From NCBI GenBank assembly GCA_000182565.2, contig KQ257462.1: DNA of 64,000 nt, one strand, 5' to 3'. Within the stretch, counting starts at the first letter, position 1; every line of letters starts with the position of its first letter. Under the pieces are notes generated by a model. It had not been told where the DNA came from. It worked only from the letters and a program-made list of their open reading frames with translations, and made no database searches. The stretch comes from Spizellomyces punctatus DAOM BR117. Taxonomy: Eukaryota. The position numbers were made by a program, and so were the translations under genes. Of this stretch, positions 40,017 through 54,768 are shown one piece after another.

Positions 40017-43000
40017 ATGGACGATTCGACTCTCAAGTCGTTGTCGATAGTACTCCCCACCACCAAAAGCGTTATAAAATTCGAGCCTGCCTTCTCTCCT
40101 ACAGTGAAAAACTACACAGCTTACGTAGCATCAGATACGGAAGGTAAAGGAAATATACCGACGGACGGGCTCTGTATGCTCTCTAGCTGAGTAGTTGCTG
40201 GAAAAAGCCCATTCTTTTCTGTAGCATTGCAAGTCCGCGCAAGCGCCAACGAGCCAGATGCATTTTGCCAGATTCTCAAAGCAGATGCCGCCCAATGTGT
40301 GTATTCATTGTCGTCGCATTGACATTCGGCTGCATTTCCGATTGGTTGAACCTGACTGGTTTCCATTAGCGGTTGCCATCAAAGAAGGGACAAGTGACAT
40401 AGAGATTAAAGTCGATGCACCTGACGGTTCATCCTCTCTTTATGTTATTCAAGTTTACAGACCAAGTGGTGCGCTTCTGGTGGCTTTTGCGGTTACAATA
40501 AACGCTAAGGCTATGTGTATCACATTCCTCCAGGTAGCGATGCCACGCTGAAGTACATAACTTTCTCCGCTGGTTCCCTCGTACCAGAGTTCCATCGATC
40601 AGAAACCACTTACCTTTTGCATGTCGGTAAGATGTATTTGAGTTGATGTATCATGTCGTTTGCACATAGTCAACGGCCTCCGTTCGCCAGATTCGTGCGT
40701 ACGATCTGTTCTCTGCTCCGCTACGCCACTGAATCCAAAGTCAAAGGTTCAGCTCGACCCAGAGGCAAAGCTGTTCTTGGGGGACACCCCAATTTCAATT
40801 CAAGTGACATCAGCTCATGGAGACAACACTAATACATATCAAATCATCGCTAGAAAAGGTATGCTCATAACGGAAAGAACTTGTTGGCTGATGTCAGGTT
40901 ATCTGGGGCTGTTTGATAAACTTTTAGCATCGCAGAAAAGCAAGGATCTCGTCCAGCATTAGCTCCAGTCGCCAGCATATCCCGGGAGTCAATATGTTCT
41001 GCATGCGGATACCTTGTATTTCGACCTCGTACATGCAACGAGGTGGATGATAAGACGTGCGCACATAGATTCTGCTTCACTTGCCTAGACCTTTTGAAGC
41101 TAGAGTTCAACGCTGGGCATCGATCGGGGGAATATCCTTGCCCATTGTGTCCTAGAACCGCTCAAAAGATCTGGAGCAGTAACCCATCAATTGATGTACC
41201 TATGGAAGCTCAATTAGCCGCAGTCCAAGTTGCATGCCTGTTTGCAGCATACGGATGTGAGCAGCAACTGGACATGATGGGTGTATATGATCACGCACAA
41301 TCGTGTACATTTCATCCCGTCTCGTGCTCAGAGTGCGAAATGTCGAATTGCGTCAAGCCTGTTGAAATACTCGATGGTAAACACAAGGAGGCATGCACAA
41401 CCTCATGTGTATGTGGACGCAAAATTAGGGTGGCAGATCGGCCCCGGCACAGTCAGATGTGTCCAAGTAAATTTGAACTGCCTTCAAAGACGGTAGTCAC
41501 ACAATCGTCTTGGGAATCCGCGTTGGTGCGGAGACAGAGATCGCCAAATGACTCGGCTGGGTGCATTAAAGCTGCTGAGGAGAACAAAAAGAATTATTTG
41601 AGAAGCTTGATCGCGGCTAAAGAAGCGGCAGCGACAGAATCTTTCGGTCAGAGCCAGCAAAGGCCTGACAATGACATTTTAGAGGAAATGGCAAATCTAT
41701 ATGCGACAGCTATTGCATTGCAACATGAAGCATGCCTGGGTGGAGGGGCAGATGAAAACTTGCACCTCAACTTGGGCCTGGTGCTCGAAGAGAGTTGTGC
41801 TTCCAAAGAATTATTCCCGATATCCGTTGCAACCGAAACAGGCCCGAGTGAAAATGATCTCGCTCAGGAAAGCTTCATGGCAGATGAAGTAGACGGCTTG
41901 CTTGAGCAACTCGGAATTGCTCGTTCGGCTAGTGATGCTGTTAAAATTAGAGCCATCGAATCAGAGTATCAGCGCCTCAAGGGAGAAGGGCTCTCAGACA
42001 AGGTAAGCAGCGTCGCATCCAGATGTTCTCGCATTGTATTGTTTGATCTCATTGGTTCTCATTATAAGGCCGCCGAAGTGCAGGGGCTGTATGCCTGGAA
42101 GATTAAGCAGGTCGCAGCCACAAGCGGGACTAGTGGCTGGAATCAAGGACATACGAAAATTGGTATTACTACATATTCATCCAATGTCTTGGAAAAGTTT
42201 CAGCATGCCGTAGCTATCAATCCAGAAAATCCATACGCAAAGTAAGTTTGAGTGTTTGACTCTGCAAAGCACGACCTGGACTGACATCCACATCGTCCAG
42301 TTTTCACTTGGGCCGCGCACTTTTGAAAGCGCGTCAGATACCCGAAGCCACAAAGTATCTGCGAACTGCCGTGGGACACAAACCATTGTTCAAGAATGCG
42401 CGAATGCTTTTGGTGAGTGATTCGAGTATCGCAGTTCTCAGATAACATGGGTCCTCAATCAATATCTTACTAGGGCTTAGCACTGCTCTCATCCGAATCG
42501 CCGACAGAGGACATTTTGCTCGAGGGGATAGAGTATCTTCAAGAGGCTGTACGAGAACACTCTGCCCTGCTGTGGCAAGATGTCAAGGACCGCAATCTCA
42601 AGCGTGCATCACAGATACCCTCCCAGATGCTGGTAGATTCTTTTATGGAGCTGACAAACCCTTTTCTTCCTTCGGCCTATGTGGCACTCGCCAGCGGCTA
42701 CAGCATGCAAGGCCTTCCTCAGCAAGCTGCAGAAGTCTTGACGGATCTTATTTATCTCATCCCAGACACTCTCCGTCGTTTATCTCGTCGGAGTGCAACA
42801 GCCGCAAGGCTCGCGTTTATAATGTCTGAAGCACAACGAGACCTCATTAAAGTTCTCCCGCATTGCTCCGGACCAGTGCCAAAATTGAGGGCAGAGATTA
42901 TCAGCGGATCGTTGCTGGATGTAGCGAGAAGATATATGTCGCTGTATGCCAATGTCGAAGGCATTGAGGGTCTCAAATGTGACACCATGGAAAGCATTGT

Positions 43001-45718
43001 GCAAACGCTGGTTGCCGTTCATCCGAGGAAAGCAAAATTCCTAACAGCTCTGGGGTTCGCACAATTGGATCAGTATGACAAGAATCCAATTTATGACCGA
43101 AGTCCGGCCAAGTTGGGCGAAGCGGAACAATCCTTCTTGGCCGCGATAGAGGCAGAAGGAGGGCATGACCCATCACAAGATGCCCGCCTTCCCCCAGGAT
43201 TAGTGAGTAGTCAAAAGTGGTGGATAGCCTATCAACAAGAGATGACATCAATGCAATGGAAAATATCTTCCCATGACGCGAGCAAGGTAGCGCACCAGCC
43301 AGTTGCTGGCAAAGCACCAGCTGCAGGGAAAACCACACCGCTTCGCTCAAAAGATGCAAAAATTGCCAATCCCAAAGTGCCGGCTCCAGTAAGCAAGGCA
43401 AAGATTGAAACTGCTGGCGGAAATAAGAAACCTACACCGTTAGCAAAGGGAAGAGGTGTCGCTATCAGTAGTAAACCAGCCCGATAGATACTGAATATAT
43501 GTCCAGTCAAAGAAATTCCAATAAGGATTGAGATCGAAGTTTGATTTTATTTAGCAGAGATTCAGCTCCCAATGACATCTTCCGGTTTCCTGGAGATGCC
43601 TTGGTGCGCTGCAGAGTGAGTATTTCTGATACCAGCGCAACCCACTAAAGCGCACATACATCCCTTCCAAATACTATATATCTAGTAGAGACGGACAGGC
43701 TTGCCCATGGAGGACTTCATGAACAGAGACTTGACGTTCTGCCAGTTCTTCTTCAAGAGAGAGACCAAGAAGTTGATGGCCAACATAGTGTTGTTGACAA
43801 GCTGGTCCTCAGTCATCTGGACGTGGCCAACGGCAACACCGAGGCAGAGCACCTTCTTCAACTGGAACTTGATGGTCGACTTGATCTCAACCACCTTGTC
43901 CTCCAAGTTGTCGTTGTGGGTCACGGGGGTGGGGAACTTACCGGCCTTGGAAAGACCGGGACCGAGCAAACGGGGGATCTGCTTGATCAAGGCTTCAGAG
44001 GCAAGGAAGGCATCGTACTTCTTGGCGAGCTTCTTGATGAGCTTCTTGTTCTTGTTGAGCTTCTTCAAGTCATCAACGGACATGAAGTCAAGACCGATGG
44101 ACTTGGCCTGGTCGATGTGGTGCTGGTCAGCCAAAATGCAGAGCTTCATCTTGGGCTTGGGGACATTGGGAAGCCTATGGAGATGTCTAATAAGCTCCAA
44201 TTCCAACCGAGAACAGTAGATTGCCTATACATACTTGATGGTACCAGAGAAACGCTTGTCACGCTGAGGGTCGTAGTTCTTGAGACCAATTTGGAGCTCG
44301 ACGGTCTCAACGAACTTACGGGGCTTCTCCTCCGTAGCGTAGGTGAGAAGCTCACGGGTAGCCTGACGCACGGCACTGGCTTGAACCTTGCTGTAAGAGT
44401 TGCAAGTACAGAGGTCAGATCTCGGTTCATGCCATCATTTTTCGTCATGTGGTTGGCCTTCATCCGTCGTCCATTGCCTCCTCTTTTTCATTCGCTGTTC
44501 ATCCACTCATCCATCCATCCATCCATCTCATACATTTCCCAATCAATCACCATACTGACCTGGACATTCTGTCGAAACTTGCTGAACCTCTGCTGTTGTT
44601 CGACCGTGAACGGATGGGAAAGATCCAAAATGCGTTGGGTCGCCCACCAAAGCAAAGCAGCAATGTCACGTGACTCACTAAACTTGTGGCAGACCGCGAT
44701 CCGATCGTGATTGGATAATCACCTAATTCCGATGAAGCAGACCACCGCAAAGGCAGCGCCCAGCGCGCGAACGCCGACAGTCGCGGGAAAGCCCAAAGTC
44801 ACAGAGTCGAAGAGTGGTCCTGGAGGGGGTTCAGGTCTTCGTGACAAGGCAGCATCATCTCGGCCCGCTTCCGCGGCTGGAAAGAAGAATGTGGACAAGA
44901 CCGTGCCAGCGGTTGGCAAAGCACCTTCCACTGTTGCTGCCACCAAGTCCGCGGCTCGCTCGACACCCACCGCTATTTCCCGCACACCTCTAATAAAGGC
45001 TTCAAGTAACTTACCGGAAGAACCTTCGTCGAATGTATCACCGGCTTCTGTCCAGGAACCAGCAGAAGTGCAGCAAGTCGGCAATATCAATGTCCAGGAG
45101 AAAAGCTTTGAGCCTCGCATCGGTCTTGCCCGAGTACTCACTCGGCGTTTAGCTCTAACGCAGGATACAAACACCCTTTCGACATCCGGATCTGTCGATA
45201 CTACCTCACTCAAGGCTGACATTGAAAACTATTACAGAGAAGCAATTGGCCTTTGCCCTCGGTACCACGATGCATACATTGAGCTTGGCGGTTTTCTCGA
45301 ACAACATACTTCACTCGTCGCTGCAGCTGATCTTTACGCTACCTTCCCTTTCGAGCGAAATACGGACCCAAAGTTACCGGAAACGAGTCAGGACGACCTC
45401 TATATTGATTCAGAGATTACACGGATTTTTATGAAACTGAAGCGGTTTAGGGATCCGGTGCTCATTCGTAGTTTGATTGCGGAGGGAAGGGCAATGGGGA
45501 TCGGTGTGCTTGGAAAGAATATTGAGACGTTGGACGCAGCTGGGGAAAATAAAACGTTGATGGAGGTGTACGCGGGAGTTAACCGAAAGGCATTGGATGA
45601 TGTAAGTTGCACACGAGATGGAATGTTAACTATCCAAGTTGGACGCAGCTCATCATTGGCCCTTTCCCTTGATCAGCCTGAAATGGTGGCGTTCTTCAAG
45701 ATAAAGTATTGGATATGA
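40017..45718 (+). CDS. Large uncharacterised protein: two cadherin-like beta-sandwich repeats, RING/TRAF-type Zn fingers, TPR-like helices; last coding block probably joined across the RPL1 gene
   Basis: STLKSLSI...[14 protein letters not shown] and ATLKYITF...PEF...Y repeats; CSAC...CAHRFCFTC...[14 protein letters not shown]...HAQSC; TPR-like [23 protein letters not shown]-rich linker on both sides of RPL1. Confidence 0.65.
43682..44567 (-). CDS. RPL1: 60S ribosomal protein L1/L10a (uL1), 3 exons
   Basis: [74 protein letters not shown]. Confidence 0.98.
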
Positions 45719-45883
45719 AAACTCCTGTCTTGGACATTGATTCCGATCTCACGTCACAGGGACAGGCAAACACAGGCCATCAACTCGCAAAACAAGGAAT
45801 AAACAGAAAGGCCACACATCACATCATTTCCGTGATATATAATGGCACACTCTAAACCAATATTTAAACACATCAATACAACA

Positions 45884-48800
45884 TCAATGAGCCCTGGCCA
45901 GCTCTGAAAAGTAACCCAACAACTCGTCCATTGTGAATTCCAATCGAGTGGAAGTTTCGGGATAGCAAATCATGATCAACTCCCCGTATCTTCTAAACCG
46001 CTTCGTAAATTCTTCTTGAATACCTCGCCACACCACCTGCAAAAGACCTTCCTCGTCCGTGTAATGTTTTTCAACCCGTTTGTAGAGGGACTCGAGACCT
46101 TTTTTGATCTAACATTTTTTTGTCCGCTATTTATCAGATTTTGCTAATAGATGAGCCCTCGCGAAATCTGGTGATCCTTACCTCTTTGCCGGGGTATTTT
46201 CGAACCACTTCCTTGAGTGCAGACTTATTGAATTGCATGTGATAATTCACCTCTTCCGGTGTATTTGTCTTCAACAGCCCTTCAATGCCTTCAAAAAAGT
46301 CCTAAAATGCATCCGGAGCGTCAATCACAAATTTCACAGACACTCGTCGGTAGCCATTATTACCCATAGTTTTCCCAGTGGCTTTCTTATGACCACTTTA
46401 CAATAGGCGTCCAAGTGAACGTCGTACGTTGCTTTTGCTTGCTTCACGTACGGGTCCAGACTGGGTACTTTTCGTGCTCGGACTTCCGAATAGAAGTGAT
46501 GCATGTTTTCTATCCGATACCGTGAATTACTCGTCTTGAAATAGTTATGCAATGCAAAACGGGAAGAAGGCTCTTACCGACGTGAAGGATGTGAATGTTC
46601 AAATGTTCCTTGTCGTCGGCAGCAGCTTTTGTGTCGTTGGCGACCTGCTGGGCCATGGCGTCAAGCGTTTCGAGCATAGTCTTGACGATGCGTGCATATG
46701 CCTGGTTGACTGTTCGTCGTGCGGGACCAGTAGACCCTCCTAGGCATTTCTCAACACGGTCAACGAATTTCTAATAAAAAGAGTCAGACATTACGTCGAC
46801 AAGCATTATGCATAAGGCCACTTACCGGAAACGTTCTGATAAAAGATAAGATACCGCTTCGTTTCTTTGACGTTACTTTTGTTTCATCAATACTCTTTAT
46901 TTGATCCTCCTAAAAAATGCAATTTCATCCGAACAGTCAGTATACAGGAACGGTCAACATCGCTTTAAAGACGACCAACGGACCAAAAACCTCTCAAACA
47001 TTGAAACAAGCTTCTTGTTGATTTCTTCCAGCAAGAGTAGATTATACGTGTGACACGTATCTTTGTATTCCTCAGTGTATTCTTCCACTCGAACCATCAT
47101 CCCAACTGCAAATGTCTGATCCCCTTTCAATCCCGCATCGAGAATAAGCAGGATCTCCTCCCGGACATCGTCAAATATGCCTTGAACGAGTTCTCTGTAC
47201 GGACGAGGTTAGAATCCCCACATCTATCTCCTGCTAATTATTGGCACGTACTGTATTCGCTTGGAGAGCTTTAGATCTTTGATGGGTTCACGAGGCCTAC
47301 TCAGGAGCTCCTGCCAGTTTTGAATCACTTCGTCGGATGCCTCAGAAGCGGGTGACACGAGGTCGGCAGATGACCCCGTCGTATCCAATCTTGCTCCTTT
47401 ATGTAAACTGAATAGATCCGTGATAAAGTTTTGCTCTCGAACGATCACGGGTAGTAAGAGTGACAGGGTATGGCCTAGGGCCTACAAAAATAGAAAATCT
47501 CACATCAAATCGTGCCCAATCACTTAATATTTGCGTGAATCTCTGTCCAGCAAACAAACCTCATCAGGAGCCATTCGTTCATCGGCCCCAACTTCTAGAC
47601 TGATGAGACTATTCATGATACCAGATGCCCGACCCATCGACTCGGACCCGCCTCGTCGGTGACTCCTGATACTCGCCGCATCATCGCTGTCTTCCTCTTT
47701 AAGCGAATCGGTATACGAATCGCTGTCTCGCGACTTTTTTTGGCGATGGCCACCGCCTTTGTAACTATCCAGTTTTTGCTTCATACTGGCAGCCGGCCCA
47801 GGTCGATCAGATGTCGGACTGTTTGCAAATAGGAGATTATTTTGCGACCCTTTGATCGCGGACTTTAGGGCGTTACTGGCAGCAGACGAGACCGATACAG
47901 TCGGCACAGAGAACGCTGAATGTAGATGAAGTGAGTTGGGAATCCAACGTCCGGGCACACAGGAGAAATCATACCATAATCTTGGCCTTCTGCTTCCAGT
48001 TTCCGCTGCATGTGGTGAAGCTTGAATTGTTCAATAAACTCGTGAATGTCTCGAATGTACACACGACCCATTTCTTGCACGTATGCCTAGGACAACCATG
48101 TTTGCATGGACCAAGAATATAGCTGCATAAATATGAAGGCGGTTTACCATCTGCAAATTGAAGTGCTTCCGGGTGTCAACATCTTTAAGCCATTTCAAGA
48201 GTCTGCAAAAGCGGTACAGTCGCTCTTCGATTGCCTCATGTCCATAGAGTTTCAGACTCCCTTTCTTGGAGGTTCGGCCCTTATCCTGCAGATATGCCTC
48301 AGCCTAAAAATGAAAAACAGAGAAAACCGGTGAGAATCGCATCACTTTAAAGTTTGACGACATGTTCATATCTACCTGCGACTGAAAATACGCAATCAAA
48401 TGATCATGAAGCCTCGTAGCAAACTGATTCCCGTAACCGTTCAAAAGCGCAATCTGTTCTTTGACAGCTTGCAAATTGTTCACGTCTGTGAGAAGTGTCG
48501 AGATGAGCCTCTTGCCGTATTTTATTCACGCTGTCGGCAAGGTTGCATACCCTCCTCAAACTTGCTTTGTGTCACATCCATCAGCTTGCGGGTCGCCTCT
48601 TCGCATTGGGCGATTCCTTCATTGTCATCCAAAGGCTCCGTGCGCAGAATCTCTACGATATATGCCGGGATGCGAAGACTTCCCTATATGGGGCAATTCA
48701 GCACAGGACCAGCTCCTTCCAAGATGACATTTAGGATACATACCAGTACGGCCTCAACTTCAGCTAAAAGCAGTTTCTGGTTGTGTGAAGCAATCTGCAT

Positions 48801-50279
48801 TCCCTTATGTCGGACCTCAATCTGATGCACATCTTGTCCCATGCTCTGAAAAAATGAGTCAAATATTGTCCTACTGCATCATTCCTTTTGCAATCACTGC
48901 CATTGTTGCTTACGTCCAGCAGATGGGTATATCGGGATATCCACTCATCAATCTGATCCAGCTCCCATATAGCATGATCCAGTTGGCTGACGACTTTGTT
49001 TGCCTGTTCTTCGCTTGAGATGATGGCATGTACGTTGGCCTAGGTGCGTGAGCGTTGTCAGAAGCACGTACCAAATGATGCAATTCACAGTCGACATACC
49101 GCCTCTAGAGCGTGGAGCTCAGAAATTAATCTGGCTTCCAAGGCAGCTGCATCGCCACTTGCTTCCCAATTGAAGTCGTTAAGGACTTCGTCCATATCGA
49201 GGGAAGGAGCCTCAGGCTCGATGGGTATGGGGTCCACTTCATAAAGCGTAGTGTGAGATGGACATAATGGAGTGACTTTAACCCCTTTGAATTCATTGAC
49301 TCACGTTCTTCAATGACTTCTTCCTCCTCTTCCTCCTCTTCCAACACGACCCCACGAGGCCTCTGCGCCATCGTAGCAAAAGTCGCCGTAAACTCTTTTT
49401 CTGTCGCACTCAAATACGTGGCATTCAAGTGCATCTGGGCTAGACGTTTTGTTAAGCTACAATATGCAACAACTTTATCACATACTGAGCACACACACCT
49501 TTCAAGGACTCTTCATCGACATTAATAAATTTTGGCGGCCGTTTGAGGTATTTTCTACATAACTGGTATGGATCGGCATCGACTGGCATGCTTTAAATGA
49601 CGGGCCATAGGATTTCGCGCATCCTTTTTTTTTTTTGGTACAAAGTGTCCCTTTTTTTCGTACCTTGACTAACGTAAAGAGGAATTCCAACTTTTTGTGC
49701 ATGTCATCCAAGTACCATTTATACGTTTTGCCGAGGTTGACAATCACTTGAGTGTCCTAATAAAATAGATACGTCGGATGAATACATGTATCTTTTAGAT
49801 CCGCGCAGACAAGAAACTCTCACTTCAGCCGACTCGATGGATTTGATATCGTCCAAACTCCACGTTTTCCCAATAGAGAAATTACCACCTTTTCCTTGCT
49901 TGACTTTATGTATACGGATCTTCATATTCTTCTTGACTGAACAAAGCCCAACATCAATACTCGTTTTTCTTGACAGCGTATTCGTTCCATCCGATAAAAA
50001 CAAAACACTGTTCCTTCTCTTCACTGAAAACGTACCCGTCACACAAATAAAGCGCACCTTCCTCCCTTTTGTCGCTTTACCCTTTCCTTCCTCCGCTTTG
50101 GCCTCCTCCGACACCTTGACATTCAACAAGAGTCGTTCATTGAATTTATCCCCAAATGCTCCACCACCATCTCCAGTCGTTGACCGTGTATCCCGTGTCG
50201 GGCTCGATGTCGCATCGTCACCGAAACCAATAAAGAGTTGGTTGGATAGTTGTCGGCGGATGGTTTCGAGGTCGGCCAT
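45884..50279 (-). CDS. SEC3: Exocyst component Sec3/EXOC1, many exons
   Basis: PIP2-binding N-terminal domain RKVRFICV...IHKVKQ...FSIGKTWSLDDIK; IEVRHKGMQIASHNQKLL; ENMHHFY; C-terminal LYKRVEKHY...LLQVVWRGIQEEF. Confidence 0.93.
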
Positions 50280-50385
50280 GGTTTAAAAGGCATAGAATAA
50301 GAGATGCTTCGATTGTGTATGCTTGTTCGATATGGAAATTGTCGTTTTGTCAACGCACAGAAAATGCAAGAGTTTTGTATAATGA

Positions 50386-51328
50386 ATGTCGCACTTTAGT
50401 GTTCCATGCTCTGAAAGCCCGTCAAGAACGCGACGCTTAGCATACAAGCCTTCATCATTTGCTCACGTCACCCACGTACCCTTCCATGTAGATCTCACCT
50501 CCACCTCCCAGCATCACCCTCCAATCAACAAAATACAGCACATACACACACACAGAATATGACCAGCACAACCCCCTCACACCCCATTCAACCGCCCTTT
50601 GATATCCAACTCCGCCGACTTGTGGATGCCCACATCCTACACGAAAACACCGCCCAAGCAGCACAAAAATGCCTCGAGGTTTGAACAACATCATTCCCTC
50701 CTCCCATAACCCATCTTACCCCATAAAAGACACTCCAAAAAATAGCAACCAACATTCTAAACAACCGAACAAACACCAAATACTTTTCCCTAAAAGATAG
50801 TAACCAGCATCTCCAAAATACAATCCTAAAACAAAAGGGCGGACAAGATGCGCTTGTATTAATGGGGTTCCGGAAACGGGTCAAGGAGTTTGAAGCACAA
50901 TGGGTTTTTGAGGATGGGTTGGAAAAGTTGGCGGTGGCTGTGGATGTTTTCAAAGAGTATGGTGAGAAAGTGAGGGAACGGTGTGAGAGGGAGATGAGAA
51001 AGAGGGATATGGCGGCTTTGGAACGTGAGTTTTTAAAAGTCTTCTTTTTGAATGGTTTTTTTTTAAAAAACATATGAGTTAACAAAGCGTTTTTTTTTTG
51101 TGTAGAGAAAATGAGACGAGAGAAGGTTCTGATGGATATCGAAGAAGATCGACAGGAACGTAAGCGACGTGCTTCGCTGAAAGGTCATTAGGCTTGTGAG
51201 CGCAACAGATGCGTATGTTATCCACAATGAGCTTGCACAAGAAATGCATAGCCAGGAACTCGTTCAATATCTTGTTTAAAGGTCTATTGCATATCAATAT
51301 ACCATTAGGCAATAGATCCAACCAGTAG
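50386..51328 (+). CDS. Small PUB-domain protein; ends approximate
   Basis: Spliced KCLE-TLQKIATNILNNRTNTKYFSLKDSNQHLQNTILKQKGGQDALVLMGF fits the PUB pattern; coiled-coil tail with IEEDR. Mostly missed by the ORF track. Confidence 0.65.
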
Positions 51329-51422
51329 CAAAAAAAACCACATTTACACCCATCGCATACATGTCCAAACATATCCATACAATATCACAAACTCATCAAC
51401 AAACCCAATTCCATATTCACGG

Positions 51423-54241
51423 TTACTGACTCGTCGCAACCCTCTTGACAAGCGCCGCAACAACCCCTGGATCCGCCAACGTTGTCAAATCCCCCAACTT
51501 TAGCCTCAACACATCCTCATTGAGTACATCCTCTTCACCTACATCCCCCGCAGCAACTTTTCTTAAAATTCGTCGCATGATCTTGCCAGAGCGGGTTTTG
51601 GGGAGGTCGGGGGTCACCACAATGCGTTTGGGTGTGGCAAAGGGGCCAATATGCGACCGGACTTGGGAGGTAAGAGCCGCAAGGAGGGTTTGATCGGTAG
51701 CTTGTGGGGCCGTATGCGTTTTCAACGTACAAAAGCACACAATCGCTTGACTATTGTAAAAAGATGAATACGTGGTACGAAATAGAATCATAGGAGACAT
51801 TGTTTACCCTGTCAGTTCATCAGGAATGCCAACAACAGCAGCTTCTGCGCATGCCGCGTGTTGCACCAAGGCCGACTCGATTTCCGCGGTACTCATTCGG
51901 TGACCAGAGACATTGATCACATCTAGCCTTGAATGATTAGGAAGACGCAAACATCAACACTATCAACCACATAAAAAACTCACCACTACAAAAAAAAGAC
52001 GCAAAAAGAGACACACACAACAAATTCGTCCGTCAACAACTTGACACTGTACATAATATAGCAAATCCGGAAACTTACTCAACGCGTCCTCTAATCCAAT
52101 AGTACCCATCCTTATCTCTCGTCACTCCATCCCCAGTAAAATAATAGCCGATATAAGGTTTCAAATACGTGTCCATGTACCGTTCATGGTTATCATAAAT
52201 ACTCCTCGCAATTGAAGGGAACGAGCTCCGCACAGCCAAGACACCCGTAACACCCGTTCCAACCAACTCTTTTCCCGTTTGGGGATCCAATACCGCGACA
52301 TCCACGCCAAAAAACGGGAGAGTTGCTGAGCCAGGTTTGCTGGGTGTTGCACCAGGAAGAGGGGTAATAATGATGGAGCCCGTCTCGGTTTGCCAGTATG
52401 TATCCACAATGGCGCATCGTTCTCGGCCAACGACTTTGTAGTACCACATCCAGGCTTCGGGGTTGATGGGTTCGCCAACGGATCCTAGGACGCGGAGGGT
52501 ATCGAGGTTGTAGGGTTGGAGATGTTCGTCGCCAAGACGTCGGAGTGCGCGAATCGCGGTGGGAGCAGTGTAAAACGAGGTGACCTTGTGCTTGTCTACG
52601 AGTTCCCAGTACCGTCCGGCATTTGGGTACGTGGGAATACTCTCAAACAGAATGGTCGTGACTCCATTGGCCAAGGGTCCATATACAATGTACGAATGGC
52701 CTGTAATCCAGCTGGATAGTGGTGTCAATCCTTGCAATTCCGTGAGTTTGTGTACAGAAGGACTTACCCCACATCCGCCATGCATCCGTGCACGTCGTCT
52801 TCATGAAGGTCGAAAATGTACTTTGTAGTGGCAGTGACTCCCAAAAGGTATCCAGCAGTCGTGTGCAATACACCCTTGGGTTTCCCCGTACTACATCCAC
52901 ATCCAATATCAGCAAAGGCCGTCATAGAGCCATCGAGACTGCCCACCCTCACCTTCCACTCGTATACAGCATAAACAAAGGGTCCTCGCTATTCATCGGC
53001 TCACAAGGACAATAAGGCCGTTGGTTCATCTATCGTAAAATCCTTAAGTCCAACGGTTTTACAAGCTTGGAAACCAAACCAACCATCTCACCGTTTCATC
53101 ATGCCACCACACATCTCGCGGGGGATGGAATGGAACCGCCGCATCCCCAGTCCGCTGGAACACAATGACAGTCTACACGCAAAGGTTAAACACCCACCAT
53201 CAAAATCCCAAGCCTCTTACAAAAAACCCGTCAAAAAACGCACATGAACTGACGGACACTCTGCAAGCGCCTCATCCGCAATCTTTTTCAACTGAATCGT
53301 CTTGCCTCCTCGTTTACCTTGATCCGCCGTGATCAAGATCTTGCACTTGGCATCCAGCATCCGATCACGTAGCGCATCTGCACTGAATCCGGCAAAGACG
53401 ACACTAGAAATCCAAGTTGGATTTGTGTCAATTATCAACCATCACGCCCTGTCAGCCAGCATGGCTTTTTCTTACCTGTGAACAGCACCAATCCTTGCAC
53501 AAGCCAACATGGCATACACAGCCTCGGGGACCTGCACACATTTTATTCAGTCAACGTCCAGGGTAACGAATTATTTCCATTCAGAACCCACCATCGGCAT
53601 ATAAATCGCCACAGTATCCCCTTTCCGCACACCATACTTTTTCAAAACATTGGCCAATCGCGATACCTCGGCAAGAACGGTACCATACGATATCGACACA
53701 TGCTGATTTGGTTCATCCGCTTCCCAAATAATGGCAATCTACATCACACATTAGCACAACAGATCCATTATTACTGTTCTTTTCTATTTACCTTGTCGGG
53801 ATTCGCCAACGCGTGTCGGTCGACGCAATTATAACAGGCATTCACCTGCCCATCCAAAAACCACGATACATTCCCCTCCTTGAACGACCTGAAATCAACA
53901 TTCAGCAAAGACATTACAAACCTTCCAATACCATGATGATAGCATACCCAAAAGTGACTTTTCCAAATGGTTTAAACCATGTCAAAAGATCTTGAGCCAT
54001 CTAGAAATACATCACTACACGATTTCCATGACAAGACACATGCACAACCACCATGTCTCTATAGTGTGTATATATATACCTTTCCGAAAAACGTGGCAGG
54101 ATCCGCTATACTCTGCTCATACATTTTCTTGTACTCGTCCATTGAGGAAATATGCGGCGTTGGTCTTCCCTGTCGTGGAGGCCGGGGTGGGAAGACGGGG
54201 GCCTCCACTTCAGGTGCATTGGTAAGGAGGTCGGTGGTCAT
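51423..54241 (-). CDS. ACS: Acetyl-CoA synthetase (AMP-forming)
   Basis: [62 protein letters not shown]. Confidence 0.97.
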
Positions 54242-54768
54242 GCTTTATTCAGTGAGGGATGAATGATGCTCACTGTTCTTGGGGCACTTGGTCGATGCAA
54301 AAACGCTTAAAAGGCAGTTTCCCCTTCCCCTTCGGCTGTTCCGCTCAACTTGAATGTGTCACCCTCGTGAGATGATGGTCCCGTGACCTTAATGTAAATA
54401 ATAAACTCTCCAAACTCAGCCATCAGCGTGTCGCTGAGCTAAAAGTGTTAAAATCGCCGTGTGTTTGCTTGATGGTCTGAATTTTGGGAGATTTGGGCAA
54501 GTTGGAATTCAACGGCTGCATACAGAAAGGAAACGAACGACAAAACTTGTCTTTTCAACATAAAAGAACAGTCAAAACAATAAATAAATACCAACGACCG
54601 CAATTTAAACCACTCAGCAACTCGCCAAATACAAACACATCCACGAGTGTTTCGCCCCATTTTCGTATTATTTTACGAAAAACAGAAAAACCCCGACTAC
54701 AAAACGAACACACTCCGCAATTGCAAATGCACGCTGTCACCCAACATCTCATAATCACGTTCCCCACA

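Noticed and set aside
43701-44710. Long plus-strand ORFs of 172 and 295 aa
   Set aside because: Antisense shadows of codon-biased RPL1.
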